From Camelus ferus (Eukaryota): a stretch of 64,000 nt of DNA. The notes beneath the pieces were generated by a model. It was not told where the DNA came from. It saw only the letters and a list, made by a program, of their open reading frames with translations, and did not search any database. The position numbers and the translations under genes are program-made. Shown piece by piece: positions 63,751 to 64,000 of the stretch. Positions within the stretch are counted from its first letter, which is position 1, and every line of letters begins with the position of its first letter. The stretch lies in the NCBI RefSeq assembly GCF_009834535.1, contig NC_045697.1, forward strand, positions 93,622,001 through 93,686,000, given 5' to 3'.

Positions 63751-64000
63751 CTACAGGAGATAAAAGTTATTTGCTGGGGCTGATAAAGAAAGCTTCAGAT
63801 AACTTACGTGGAGTTTGAGATTGAAATTTGGAGCCCTGACCTTATTCTTTTCTTTCCCCACTTTCTCAGTACAGTCACTCTAATTATACTCCCTATTTTG
63901 ACTAAAACATTTTAGAGTAGCAAATACATGATGACCCAGAATCTTTCTGTCTGTGGGTATTTGACTAGAATTACCCAATGGCAGTATTTTGTGCATTTCT

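Noticed and set aside
63751..63807. Intron between the gtaagt donor at 63807 and the acceptor at 63751
   Set aside because: Only 57 nt, shorter than typical mammalian introns, so at least one of the two sites is probably coincidental.
1..64000. CRISPR arrays, operons, rRNA/tRNA genes, CpG-island promoter
   Set aside because: None seen; the sequence is CpG-depleted mammalian DNA with no regularly spaced repeats.

Overview
AT-rich mammalian (eutherian) genomic DNA, mostly interspersed repeats: L1, L2, MIR, MaLR/ERV LTRs and MER DNA transposons. I saw no Alu, B1, Bov-tA, PRE1 or Can-SINE. The young L1 3' UTRs resemble camelid L1 as I recall them, so a camelid source is a tentative inference. 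There is no intact host protein-coding gene; the only long ORF (16644-18173) is the C-terminal half of L1 ORF2. Main findings: (1) A decayed multi-exon gene on the minus strand, missed by the ORF track. Its core is a chain of 10 GT-AG exons from 22866 to about 7180 with compatible splice phases and scattered premature stops, and further exon candidates extend from about 1060 to about 63750. I cannot name the gene. By eye, the reconstructed protein may contain repeated degenerate kinesin-motor-like segments. (2) A young L1 carrying a 520-bp 3' transduction, inserted into one of those exons. (3) A perfect 214-bp inverted duplication fused to a 134-bp L1 stub. (4) A twin-primed L1 with a chimeric 3' UTR. 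Repeat family names are by-eye recognition and old-repeat boundaries are approximate.
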